A stretch of 62,116 bases of DNA from assembly GCA_001788925.1 (NCBI GenBank), contig MFXS01000036.1:19223-81338 (forward strand), written 5' to 3'. The stretch comes from Candidatus Peribacteria bacterium RIFCSPHIGHO2_01_FULL_55_13 (GTDB lineage: Bacteria; Patescibacteriota; Gracilibacteria; Peribacterales; Peribacteraceae). The position numbers and the translations under genes are program-made. Positions 35,946-45,071 of this stretch are shown here, piece after piece; within the stretch, counting starts at the first letter, position 1, and every line of letters starts with the position of its first letter. A model generated the notes under the pieces. The model saw nothing but the letters and a program-made list of their open reading frames with translations. It had not been told where the DNA came from and made no database searches.

Positions 35946-36722
35946 ATGCCAGTCTCCGCTTCCGACGTCATGCAGCTTCGCGCCCGCACGGGGGTTTCTA
36001 TCAATGAGTGCAAGAAAGCGCTCGAAGAAGCCGGAGGCGACGAGGAGAAAGCCATCGAGATTCTTCGCAAGCGCGGCATTGCTACCGCCGCCAAGAAAGC
36101 CGGCCGCGATCAGTCCGAGGGACTCGTCTTTCTGGAACAGTCCGGCAATAAAGCGGCGATCGTTACGCTCAAGTGCGAGACGGATTTCGTCGCACGCGAC
36201 AGCAACTTTCAGAGTGTCGGTAAGGCGATCGTAAAAGCGCTGCTGGAGGGAGGCGAGGCCGCTGCGAAAAAAGTCGCAGAGGAACTTGTGCCTGTAGCGG
36301 TACAGAAGCTTGGCGAAAATATTTCCCTCGGGGAGACGCAGCTCATCGAGGCGCCGGTCATCGGCACCTATCTCCACAGCAACAGCAAGATCGGCGTGGT
36401 CGTGGGGCTCGAAGGAGGAAACATCGAGGCCGCGCGCGACGTCGCAATGCACGGTGCCGCTCTCAATCCTTCCTATGTCCACCCGGAAGAGACGGATGCC
36501 GCAGCTTTGGAAAAGGAACGGGACATCTGGCGCGATCAGCTGAAAAAAGAAGGCAAGCCTGAAGCCATCTGGGACAAGATCATGCTCGGCAAGGAGAAAA
36601 AGTTCCGCGAGGAAAACGCGCTTCTCACACAGGCCTTCGTGAAAGATCCGAGCAAGACGATCCAGGGTTTCCTTGGCTCTGCGAAAGTGAAGAGCTATTT
36701 GCGGGTGGCGGTCGGGAAATAA
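35946..36722 (+). CDS. tsf: Elongation factor Ts (short form)
   Basis: N-terminal UBA-like VMQLRARTGVSINECKKALEEAGGDEEKAIEILRKRG; follows rpsB as usual. Confidence 0.88.
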   Translation: MPVSASDVMQLRARTGVSINECKKALEEAGGDEEKAIEILRKRGIATAAKKAGRDQSEGLVFLEQSGNKAAIVTLKCETDFVARDSNFQSVGKAIVKALLEGGEAAAKKVAEELVPVAVQKLGENISLGETQLIEAPVIGTYLHSNSKIGVVVGLEGGNIEAARDVAMHGAALNPSYVHPEETDAAALEKERDIWRDQLKKEGKPEAIWDKIMLGKEKKFREENALLTQAFVKDPSKTIQGFLGSAKVKSYLRVAVGK

Positions 36723-36794
36723 TTTGCCAGTTGCCATTTGCGATTTGCCATTGGCCATGAAATGGCAGATCGCAAATGGACAATGGCCAATTGT
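36722..36794. repeat. Heptad-word hairpin family 7 (TTGCCAT/TTGCGAT words)
   Basis: Core 36734-36779: CCATTTGCGAT-t-TGCCAT-tggccatgaa-ATGGCA-g-ATCGCAAATGG; between convergent tsf and a response regulator. Confidence 0.8.
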
Positions 36795-37178
36795 TTATGG
36801 TTTGTTTTTCAATATCCCCTCCACCATCGCGACAAGCGCTTTTATGGTCATGTCGCGTTTTATGAAGTACTGGTCGACGCCGAGCGTAACGCCTCGATCG
36901 CGGCTCGCTTTGTCGCCGAAGTTTGTAAGCGCTACCACGGGAAATTGCCGCGTTCCCCGGGGATACCGCTCGAGCACCTGGAACCCGTCCATCACGGGCA
37001 TATTGAGATCAAGGATCAGAAGATCCGGCGCTTTCTCGGAAATCAAAGCAAGGGTCTCTTCGCCGTTAATCGCCAGGCGGATCTTGTACCCCGCCATGGA
37101 AAATTTCTTCTGATACACCTCCCGAAGCACGGCATCATCCTCGGCAATGAGGATATCGGCGGATTGCATGTCAATCAT
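36795..37178 (-). CDS. Single-domain response regulator (receiver only)
   Basis: EDD...DLLILDLNMPVMDG...LTNFGD...YFIK receiver motifs. Confidence 0.85.
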   Translation of the reverse strand: MIDMQSADILIAEDDAVLREVYQKKFSMAGYKIRLAINGEETLALISEKAPDLLILDLNMPVMDGFQVLERYPRGTRQFPVVALTNFGDKASRDRGVTLGVDQYFIKRDMTIKALVAMVEGILKNKP

Positions 37179-37190
37179 TATACTCCTGCA

Positions 37191-37218
37191 TTCCTAATTC
37201 CTAATTCCTAATTCCTAT
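37191..37218. repeat. Tandem (TTCCTAA)x4, family 1 word, single arm
   Basis: TTCCTAATTCCTAATTCCTAATTCCTAT; its reverse complement is the AATTAGGAATTAGGAAT word of 779-804. Confidence 0.75.
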
Positions 37219-37607
37219 TTCCCCCACATCTGCTTCGCCTTGAGCAATGTCTCCACCATCGCAAGTAGGGATTTAATCGTCATTTCACTCTTCACAAAAT
37301 AGTCGTCCGCTCCCAGTTCCTTGCCGCGCGTCTTGCTCTTCTCGTCGCCGAAGTTCGTGAGCATGATCACCGGAAAGGTCCGCTTGTCGCGGGGAAACTT
37401 TTCGAGCACTCCAAAGCCGTCGAGGATCGGCATGTGCACGTCGAGGATGGCGATATCGGGCATTCTCTGTGCAATCAGTGCCACGGCCTCCTCGCCGTTT
37501 TGTGCCAGCCGGATGTCGTAGCCCGAGAGGGTAAATTTCTTTTGATAGACCTCACGCAGAACGGCGTCGTCCTCGGCAATCACGATATCGGCTTTTGCAT
37601 CTGCCAT
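37215..37607 (-). CDS. Single-domain response regulator (receiver only), tandem paralog
   Basis: Shares IAEDDAVLREVYQKKF and FP..LTNFGD with 36795-37178. Confidence 0.85.
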   Translation of the reverse strand: MADAKADIVIAEDDAVLREVYQKKFTLSGYDIRLAQNGEEAVALIAQRMPDIAILDVHMPILDGFGVLEKFPRDKRTFPVIMLTNFGDEKSKTRGKELGADDYFVKSEMTIKSLLAMVETLLKAKQMWGK

Positions 37608-37659
37608 AAGAGATATTATACGCTATTTTGCGCGAAGTAGGAATGGCAGGTTTTTGTCT

Positions 37660-38829
37660 CTACAGACCCAGATAGGCGAGGACGCGGGTGACCCATTTCA
37701 GTTTCGGAGGCCCCTGCAAGGGCACTGAACGGATGAGGTCGCTGCGAACCGTTTCACGGACGCGGCGCACCACGTCGTGGTTGCGACCCGTAATGAGCAC
37801 ATTGATCTCCCCCATCGCATCAAGGGAAGACGTCATCATGTTGGCCGAGCCGATGAAGGCTTTGCGGCGATCGATCAACATCAGCTTTCCGTGGAGCATC
37901 CCGGGATACCGGAAAATCTCGAGGTATGTGTCGTTGCCTTTGTCCATCAGCGTCGCGGTCGCAACGATGTTCGCGCTATGGTGCATGCCGCTGCGCAGAG
38001 GGAGGATGATGCGAACGTGAATCCCGTCATGGGAACGCTTCGCGAGCAGATCGACGATCGCGGGATCAGAGAGGTATGCCTGTTCCAAGATGATCTCGCG
38101 CTCGGCTTCGGAAAGAAGTTCCGTAATGGCGTCGCGCACGGCATTGTGATGCAGAGTATTGAGCACGAGCCGAACGGGATCGTGCGTGTACGTGCGCGAT
38201 GAGGAGCTCAGATACTCGTGCACGAAGCGCGCACCGCGGAGTTCGATGAGGAAGTCGTGCCACTCGTAGCGGTAGTTGTCGGCGATGTTCATACCCCCGA
38301 AGAGCATCGTCTCGCCGTCGATGATGTAGACCTTCGCGTGATTACGCTCCTCTGCGGTTTCAACAATGATATTGGGGTGGTGCCAGAAGCGCTTCCAGAC
38401 GCCCTCTCCGTCGGTTCTTGTGGTGAGGAAATCATGGTCGAGCTCGAAGAGATCGCCGGAAGCATCCTTGGTGACGTGCACGTTCACGCCGCGGTCGGCG
38501 GCTTCTACCAGACGCTTGGCAACGGAACGTCCTGTCGGATCATCCAGCCAGATGAACATGTGGATGATGATCGTATGCCGGGCACCGCGGAGGACTTCGT
38601 CGATCCTTTTGAAGGCCTCTTCGCCGTCCACGTAGAGTTCGGCCTCGCGCCTCCGGACAAGGGAGCTAATGCGCCGCTGGGTCCGAAGCAACAGGAGCAT
38701 GCGTAGCCGGTAAAACATCCGGAGACTCTGAAACCACCGCGGATGCGATCCTCTCCTGCGCAGGTAGGCACGGGCCCCGCGGATCATGGAACGGCGGCTG
38801 CGGCGGGAGAAGATTCCGGGAGGAAGCAT
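37660..38829 (-). CDS. Phospholipase D / cardiolipin-synthase-like protein with two HKD motifs
   Basis: HAKVYIIDGETMLFGGMNI and HGKLMLIDRRKAFIGSANM; ATG 38829 preferred because the ORF-track start 39105 reads through hairpin 38887-38975. Confidence 0.8.
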   Translation of the reverse strand: MLPPGIFSRRSRRSMIRGARAYLRRRGSHPRWFQSLRMFYRLRMLLLLRTQRRISSLVRRREAELYVDGEEAFKRIDEVLRGARHTIIIHMFIWLDDPTGRSVAKRLVEAADRGVNVHVTKDASGDLFELDHDFLTTRTDGEGVWKRFWHHPNIIVETAEERNHAKVYIIDGETMLFGGMNIADNYRYEWHDFLIELRGARFVHEYLSSSSRTYTHDPVRLVLNTLHHNAVRDAITELLSEAEREIILEQAYLSDPAIVDLLAKRSHDGIHVRIILPLRSGMHHSANIVATATLMDKGNDTYLEIFRYPGMLHGKLMLIDRRKAFIGSANMMTSSLDAMGEINVLITGRNHDVVRRVRETVRSDLIRSVPLQGPPKLKWVTRVLAYLGL

Positions 38830-38886
38830 GTAGGGGCATATTCGCTTGGACGGGCGACGATGCGCAAGAAAATGGCCTGAGCAAAA

Positions 38887-38975
38887 GAGACCAAGGAGAC
38901 CGGGGAAACCAAGGAACAGATGCAACACAAGTGCAGCGCCTGTTCCTTGGTTTCCTTGGTCTCGCTGGTTTCCCC
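38887..38975. repeat. Heptad-word hairpin family 8 (GGAGACC/GGAAACC/AAGGAAC words)
   Basis: GAGACCAAGGAGACCGGGGAAACCAAGGAACAG ... CTGTTCCTTGGTTTCCTTGGTCTCGCTGGTTTCCCC; inner 16 bp perfect; second family copy at 61283-61375. Confidence 0.8.
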
Positions 38976-39008
38976 TCAGAATATTGAGGCGCAGGGAAGC
39001 CCAAATTC

Positions 39009-39017
39009 TGCTATACT
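39009..39017 (+). promoter_or_regulatory. Putative extended -10 (TGcTATACT) 8 nt upstream of ATG 39026
   Basis: TGCTATACT ggtacgat ATG; no Shine-Dalgarno; the spacing implies a leaderless or near-leaderless mRNA. Confidence 0.35.
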
Positions 39018-39025
39018 GGTACGAT

Positions 39026-41512
39026 ATGCCCATCGAGAACCTCGTGATCGCCTTCGGCGCGCTACTCGGCCTTGTCGCTGCGGCGTTTGCGGCGCTGGAG
39101 CTCATGCATGTGCTTCATGACCGCCATCGCGAACGCGATCTGGTGTTTCTCCAGGTCGTGATGCCTAAAAAGGAAAGCAAAGAGGACAAGGAGATTGAAT
39201 CCGAGCAGTTTTCCTCCGGCCGCGACTTCCGCGAAGTCATCGGCGTGATGGACCACCTCTTCCAGTCGCTCCATAGCATTCGGAGCCCCAAGATTTCCAC
39301 TCTCTGGACGGGCCAGCACTTTATCGCCGTGGAATACGCTGCGCTTGCCGGGGAAATCCTCTTCTACGTCGTCTGCCCGCGGCCCATCGTGCATCTCCTG
39401 GAAAAGCAGATCACGTCGTTTTACCCCGACGCGGTGATCGACACGGTGGAGGACTACAACATCTTTACGGACGCTTCCATCGTCGCCGCTCAGCAGCTCC
39501 TCCCCACGAAGCCCTTCACGTCTTCCATCAAAACCTATCAGCAGCTCAAGAGCGATCCGCTCAACGCCATCACCAACGCCTTCTCCAAATTCAAAGTGAC
39601 CGAAGGCGCTGCGGTGCAAATCGTGCTGCGGCCGGTAAAAGCCGGATGGCAGCAGAAGCTGCATAAAGAAGCACAGAAGATCATCAATCCTAAAAAGGGC
39701 GGAAGCGGTTCGCTTCTGAATCCCCTCACCTGGATCCGCGCGGTCTTTGACATGTTCACGACCGGAAAGTCCGATGATACGGAGAAAGAGCACTCCACCG
39801 GCGAGCGTGTCTCGCAGCTTGTAGAGGAGTACAGCAAATCCATCGACGAGAAAGCGGGCAACCCCGGCTACACGGCAGTCATCCGCCTGCTCACGTCGGC
39901 GGAAAGCATGCCCCGGGCGCAGCAGCTTCTGGACGGTGTTGTCGCCTCGTTCGGGCAATTCAGCCAGATGCAGGGAAACAGCCTGCGAACCGTGCGCATG
40001 CCGAACCGCAGGGGAATCATCGAGCAGTTCATCCGCAGGAGCCCGCGCAGGCTTCTGAGCGCCGCGCTCCTTTCCCGCAAAATGCTCCTCGGCACCGGGG
40101 AACTGGCGTCGCTCTGGCACTTCCCAAGCATCAAGTACAACAAGATGGACACGATCAAGTGGCAGAACTACAAGTTCGCTCCCGCGCCGAAAAATGTTCC
40201 CGCCGACGGCATGTTTTTGGGCATGAACGCCTACCGCGGTGAGAAGCGCAAGATCTACATGAACAACGAAGACCGCTTCCGCCACTTCTACATCATCGGA
40301 CAAACCGGTACGGGTAAGTCTTCGATCATCCAGCTCATGGCCCGGCAGGATTTCCACAGCGGCAAAGGGCTCTGCATCATCGATCCCCACGGGTCGTTGA
40401 TCGAAGACCTCATGCCCTACATCCCGCGTGAACGAGCGAATGATGTCATCTACTTCAATCCCTCGGACATGGAACGCCCGATGGGTCTGAACCTCCTCGA
40501 AGGAAAGACGCCCGAGGAGCGTGACCTCATCGCTCTTGATGCCATGAACATGATGGTGAAGATGTTCGGCGAGGAGATCTTCGGACCGCGCATCCAGGAC
40601 TACTTCCGTAACGGCTGTCTCACGCTGATGGAAGATGAGGAAGAAGGCGGCGCCATCACGGACCTTGTAAAGCTCTTCACGGACGACGAATGGCAGAAAT
40701 ATAAAGTGAGCAAGGTGAAAAACCCGATTGTGCGCTCGTTCTGGGAAAAGCAGATGGCAAATACCGGGCAGCGCGAAAAGCAGGAAATGATCCCGTACTT
40801 CGCCGCCAAGTTCGGTCAGTTCTATACCAACACCCTGATCCGCAACATCGTCGGCCAGACCAAAAGCGCCTTCGACATCGCCGACTGCATGGACAAGGGG
40901 AAAATCCTGCTGATGAACCTCTCCAAAGGTCTCATCGGCGACATCAACTCGCAACTCCTCGGTATGATCGTCGTGAACAAGATCCAGGTCGCCGCCATGC
41001 GTCGCCAGCGACTAGATACCAAGGCGCGCCGCGACTTCTTCCTCTACATCGACGAATTCCAGAACTTCGTGACGCCATCAATCGAGTCGATTCTCTCCGA
41101 AGCGCGCAAGTACCGCCTCGGCCTGATCCTCGCCCACCAGTACCTCGACCAGCTCGAGAAGGACAGCAAGCTCTCGGGCAATGTGAGTCTTAAAGGCGCA
41201 ATCTTCGGCAACGTCGGCACAATGATGTTCTATAAGATCGGCCCCCAGGACGCTGAAGTCTGCGCCAAGGAAATGGCACCGGCGTTCTCGGAACAGGATC
41301 TTGTGAACATGGACGCCTTCAAGGGCGCCATGAAGCTCTCCATCGACGGCCAGCCCAGCCGCCCCTTCAGCATCGATGTCCCCCGCCCGTGGATGGATAC
41401 GACCTACCCCAAGGACGCCCAGGCCGCGGAAGCCTTCAAGCAATTGAGCAGATTGACGTACGGCAGACAGAGAGATTTCGTAAGCCGGGAGATTTTGCGA
41501 CGTATTGGGTGA
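39026..41512 (+). CDS. TraD/VirD4-like P-loop ATPase with N-terminal TM segment, paralog 2
   Basis: GQTGTGKSS, IIDPHGSL, FFLYIDEFQNF, LAHQY; start at MPIENLVIAFGALLGLVAAAF. Confidence 0.65.
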   Translation: MPIENLVIAFGALLGLVAAAFAALELMHVLHDRHRERDLVFLQVVMPKKESKEDKEIESEQFSSGRDFREVIGVMDHLFQSLHSIRSPKISTLWTGQHFIAVEYAALAGEILFYVVCPRPIVHLLEKQITSFYPDAVIDTVEDYNIFTDASIVAAQQLLPTKPFTSSIKTYQQLKSDPLNAITNAFSKFKVTEGAAVQIVLRPVKAGWQQKLHKEAQKIINPKKGGSGSLLNPLTWIRAVFDMFTTGKSDDTEKEHSTGERVSQLVEEYSKSIDEKAGNPGYTAVIRLLTSAESMPRAQQLLDGVVASFGQFSQMQGNSLRTVRMPNRRGIIEQFIRRSPRRLLSAALLSRKMLLGTGELASLWHFPSIKYNKMDTIKWQNYKFAPAPKNVPADGMFLGMNAYRGEKRKIYMNNEDRFRHFYIIGQTGTGKSSIIQLMARQDFHSGKGLCIIDPHGSLIEDLMPYIPRERANDVIYFNPSDMERPMGLNLLEGKTPEERDLIALDAMNMMVKMFGEEIFGPRIQDYFRNGCLTLMEDEEEGGAITDLVKLFTDDEWQKYKVSKVKNPIVRSFWEKQMANTGQREKQEMIPYFAAKFGQFYTNTLIRNIVGQTKSAFDIADCMDKGKILLMNLSKGLIGDINSQLLGMIVVNKIQVAAMRRQRLDTKARRDFFLYIDEFQNFVTPSIESILSEARKYRLGLILAHQYLDQLEKDSKLSGNVSLKGAIFGNVGTMMFYKIGPQDAEVCAKEMAPAFSEQDLVNMDAFKGAMKLSIDGQPSRPFSIDVPRPWMDTTYPKDAQAAEAFKQLSRLTYGRQRDFVSREILRRIG

Positions 41513-41573
41513 TGCATATCGCTCACAACGAAGGTTGAATGCATCCTGCTTATCTTATGGAATACATGCATCC

Positions 41574-41600
41574 GTAGAGACGGACCTGTGGTCCGTCTCA
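41574..41600. repeat. REP hairpin copy 1 (variant)
   Basis: GTAGAGACGGAC-CTGTG-GTCCGTCTCA. Confidence 0.75.
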
Positions 41601-41649
41601 TAACGATCCATATTTTACGCCGGATCTGTGGTCCATTTCTGGCCCTATC

Positions 41650-41676
41650 GGAGACGCACCAAAGGTGCGTCTCTAC
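41650..41676. repeat. REP hairpin copy 2, overlapping the RAYT stop codon
   Basis: GGAGACGCAC-CAAAG-GTGCGTCTCTAC; the RAYT stop TAG is the reverse complement of 41673-41675. Confidence 0.8.
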
Positions 41677-42233
41677 GGCGCCACATCGTGATTGTTTCGA
41701 TCGCGATGCCACCGTACGGGATTCATCGCAATATATGATCGCGCATTTTCCACGGCACGATCGGTCCGCAGAATAGAATCGTAAAAACGGGATTGCCATT
41801 GGAAATCGCGATAACCCGCATTCCAAATTCTTTTGGTGCACATGGATTTCCATGAAGCGATGATAGACCCCAAAGTTCCTAGCCTGCGACGAGGCAATGG
41901 GATGAGAACATCGACATCCGTAGAGACGCACCTGCGGTGCGTCTCTATCAAATTTGTCTCTGGGAACGGAAGAATATGTACCAACATGTGTAGATGATTC
42001 GGCATCACAATCCACGCATCCACAAAACAATCATTTCTATGAATGGATATTCCACAAATTTCTTCTACCACGATCATCCCCACCGCATTCAACACCATCC
42101 TTTCATTTCGCACCTCCCCAAACCAACACTCCATCCCCTTCGTACACACTGTCACAAAATACGTCCCCGTCTCCGCATAATCTTTTCCGCAGAGACGTGC
42201 CGTTTCCACCCGATAGCGATCCTTGAATTGCAT
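41673..42233 (-). CDS. REP-associated tyrosine transposase (RAYT, IS200/IS605 TnpA-like HUH enzyme)
   Basis: YRVETARL..DY..GTYFVTVCT, HUH motif MPNHLHMLV, catalytic Tyr WQSRFYDSIL; ATG 42233 (MQFKDRY) preferred over 42302. Confidence 0.8.
   Translation of the reverse strand: MQFKDRYRVETARLCGKDYAETGTYFVTVCTKGMECWFGEVRNERMVLNAVGMIVVEEICGISIHRNDCFVDAWIVMPNHLHMLVHILPFPETNLIETHRRCVSTDVDVLIPLPRRRLGTLGSIIASWKSMCTKRIWNAGYRDFQWQSRFYDSILRTDRAVENARSYIAMNPVRWHRDRNNHDVAP
41920..41948. repeat. REP hairpin copy 3, inside the RAYT CDS
   Basis: GTAGAGACGCAC-CTGCG-GTGCGTCTCTAT; translated on the minus strand as IETHRRCVST between the HUH and Tyr motifs. Confidence 0.8.
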
Positions 42234-42353
42234 CCTCCCATCATGAAAAGGTGGCGGAGGTTTGTCAGCTGTACGCACGTACACCTGACGATTTTGGAAC
42301 ACAGAAAATCGATGCTAATCGTTCCATCTCTAAAGATATTGATGTTGTATTTT

Positions 42354-43571
42354 CTACCGCAACGCCGTCGCCTTTACCGGAACCGCATGGATCAGATACC
42401 GTGAAGCGATCGAATCCGGAGGCCAACAGGTGTAGAGAATCAGCTCTTCGCCGTGGCCGTTATCGTTGAGTTTGCTGGTGTCGCTTGCCGGGATGGATTC
42501 CTCATAGGTGACCTCGTATTCGTGGAGCTTTCCATCGTAGGTGATGTAGATGCGGTTCCCAGGACTTAGTTCGTTGATCTTGCGGAAGATCTTCGTGTAC
42601 TGGGACCTGTCCCACGGGTAGCCGGAGCTGTGGCCGTAAATCATCACCTTCCCTCCGCCTCCCGGATAACTGAAAAGGTGGCCTACACCTTGAGAGAGCG
42701 GTGCTAATACGCCCTGGCTGGAGAAAGGATCCGTGGGGTGGATGACTGCAAGGTCCTTGATACCAATATCCGGCATCGTGATAGAGAAGTACTTTTGGGA
42801 GGCATGGGGAGAGTTTATGATCGCAGTACCCCAGGGCTGACCAGCGCTGATAGTGGTAGTTCCCCCGCCGCGCTGAACCAGGCCGGTGGAACGAACAACG
42901 GTCGAAGCCGCCGGTTCCGTACCGGAGAACACGGTCTGCTTCTGCGCGGTAATGGAATGGAGGCGGTAGGCGATATCGAAAAATTGTCCGCGGGTGATAG
43001 GGGTGCCAAGCGCTAGCTTTCCCTGGTGCATCACCAGATTTTTTCCGATAACCGAATTCACGTACGCCGTGAACCACTGCCCGTCGCGATTTTCGATGTA
43101 CGGAGACAGCTGAGCAGCACCCGCCACCCCCTTGTCGCCGTACGCACGCAGAAGAAGCGCGATTGCCTCTTCCACGGTCACGGAACGTCCCGGCTTGAAA
43201 GAACCGTCCGGGTACCCCGTGACGATCTTCCGTTCGAAAGCTGCTTCAACGTACGCCGCGTACCAGCTCTTCTGATCGACGTCGGAGAAAAGCGGGAGTG
43301 GAGGGAGGGCGGCACGGACGCGGTCCGTAAGCGCGCGGTCTTCCGCCTTCATACCCATCACCACCTTCAGAGCTTCAGCGCGGTTCAACGTGGCATAGGG
43401 CTTTCCGGTGCCGTCCGGGTATCCGGAGACGATCTGGACGCGCGCGAGATAATCAAAGGCCGACTGATACGGCGTTGCAGCGGTATCGGCAAAGGTCGCT
43501 GCAAACGCCGGAATTCCGGGCGCAAGCAACACCAGAATCAGCGACAAGCCAAGGGTTGGGCGCAATCGCAT
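42354..43571 (-). CDS. Secreted protein with three SLH-like repeats fused to a sortase (C60) domain
   Basis: FADTAATPYQSAFDYL..VSGYPDG and FSDVDQKSWYAAYV..VTGYPDG SLH pattern; IYGHSS, LILYTCWP, RYLIHAV sortase His/Cys/Arg. Confidence 0.7.
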   Translation of the reverse strand: MRLRPTLGLSLILVLLAPGIPAFAATFADTAATPYQSAFDYLARVQIVSGYPDGTGKPYATLNRAEALKVVMGMKAEDRALTDRVRAALPPLPLFSDVDQKSWYAAYVEAAFERKIVTGYPDGSFKPGRSVTVEEAIALLLRAYGDKGVAGAAQLSPYIENRDGQWFTAYVNSVIGKNLVMHQGKLALGTPITRGQFFDIAYRLHSITAQKQTVFSGTEPAASTVVRSTGLVQRGGGTTTISAGQPWGTAIINSPHASQKYFSITMPDIGIKDLAVIHPTDPFSSQGVLAPLSQGVGHLFSYPGGGGKVMIYGHSSGYPWDRSQYTKIFRKINELSPGNRIYITYDGKLHEYEVTYEESIPASDTSKLNDNGHGEELILYTCWPPDSIASRYLIHAVPVKATALR

Positions 43572-43675
43572 AGATAGATATTTTAGTTACTTTCTTAAAT
43601 ATGTCAAATATGTCTTTTAGCCCATTTGGCTAAATAGATTGAGTTTATGGCCTCCTCTCCATACAGTACCTCGGC

Positions 43676-44770
43676 ATGGCACTCAAAATCGGAATCGTCG
43701 GCCTCCCCAACGTCGGTAAATCGACGCTCTTCAATGCACTCACACGTACCCGTGCAGCGCAGGCCGCCAACTATCCGTTCTGCACCATCGACCCCAATAT
43801 CGGGATCGTAGAAGTGCCGGACGAACGATTGAATGTCCTGAAAGAGATGGTGAAACCGGAGAAAGTCCTTCCCGCCGCCGTGGAGTTTGTGGATATCGCG
43901 GGGCTCGTGAAAGGTGCGAGCAAAGGCGAAGGACTGGGCAACGCCTTCCTCAGCCACATCCGTGAGACACACGCCGTCTGCCACCTCGTACGCGGCTTCG
44001 AAGGAGGCGACGTCATCCACGTCGAAGGATCGGTGGATCCCAAGCGCGACCGCGAGATCATAGAGACCGAACTCGCCCTCGCGGACCTGCAGACGGTCCT
44101 CAAGCGCATCGACAAAGAACAGGGCCCCGCGCGTACGGGGAATAAAGATGCGAAGCTGGCGCTGATCCTTCTTGAAAAGATCAAAGGAGGATTGGAACGA
44201 GGCACGATGGCTTCCGCATTGCCTCTCAGTGAGGAAGAGTGCCTGCAGATGAAGGACTTCCAGCTCCTGACGGGAAAGCCGATGGTCTACGGCGTGAACG
44301 TCTCCGAAGCGCAATTGAAAGATGCCTCGCCTGATGCGTGGAAAACGAAACTCGGACTCGCGGCGGATGCCCCTCTGGTGGTGATATCTGCAAAAATTGA
44401 AGAAGACCTGACGGATCTTTCTCCTGCAGAAGCGAAGGAATACCTGGGCTCTCTCGGCGTCACCTCCTCAGGATTGGACCGCTTGATCGCCGCAGCATTT
44501 ACGGCGCTCGGCTATTGCACCTACTTCACCGCAGGTGTGCAGGAAGTCCGCGCGTGGACGATTACGAAAGGCATGACCGCACCACAGGCCGCCGGGGTGA
44601 TTCATAGCGACTTCGAGAAAGGATTCATCCGGGCAGAGACCATTGCGTATAAAGATTTTGTTCAGTTTGGAGGAGAAGCTGGAGCCAAAACTGCTGGAAA
44701 AATGCGGGCTGAAGGAAAGGAGTACATCGTGCAGGATGGCGATGTGATGCATTTCCGATTTAATCTGTAG
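43676..44770 (+). CDS. ychF: Redox-regulated ATPase YchF
   Basis: GIVGLPNVGKSTLFNALT, FVDIAGLVKGAS, C-terminal TGS-like FIRAE..GKEYIVQDGDVMHFRFN. Confidence 0.93.
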   Translation: MALKIGIVGLPNVGKSTLFNALTRTRAAQAANYPFCTIDPNIGIVEVPDERLNVLKEMVKPEKVLPAAVEFVDIAGLVKGASKGEGLGNAFLSHIRETHAVCHLVRGFEGGDVIHVEGSVDPKRDREIIETELALADLQTVLKRIDKEQGPARTGNKDAKLALILLEKIKGGLERGTMASALPLSEEECLQMKDFQLLTGKPMVYGVNVSEAQLKDASPDAWKTKLGLAADAPLVVISAKIEEDLTDLSPAEAKEYLGSLGVTSSGLDRLIAAAFTALGYCTYFTAGVQEVRAWTITKGMTAPQAAGVIHSDFEKGFIRAETIAYKDFVQFGGEAGAKTAGKMRAEGKEYIVQDGDVMHFRFNL

Positions 44771-45026
44771 CACTCGACTTACAGATTGTTGCAATGGGCA
44801 ATTTTCTGTTTACTCTTTCGCCGTTGATATTATCCGTCACATTGCCTGCATCCCAAGCGGTTCCGTTGCTAAAAAGATGTGCACAGCGCTGTGTACTCTC
44901 GCTAAAAAGACGAACCAATGTTGACGGATTTGGAACTCCTTCCATTGCTGGGGGCTCCTCAGCCTGAAAAAATCCCAAAATTTGTTCCCCATCTGCTGAT
45001 ACAACCTTAAAAGAAATTTGCGACAT
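44760..45026 (-). CDS. Hypothetical small protein
   Basis: 88-aa ORF in a lower-GC patch; overlaps the ychF 3' end by 11 nt; no motif. Confidence 0.3.
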   Translation of the reverse strand: MSQISFKVVSADGEQILGFFQAEEPPAMEGVPNPSTLVRLFSESTQRCAHLFSNGTAWDAGNVTDNINGERVNRKLPIATICKSSATD

Positions 45027-45071
45027 AGTGGACTATTGTAATGAAAGATTTTGTGATATCAATGTGCATGT

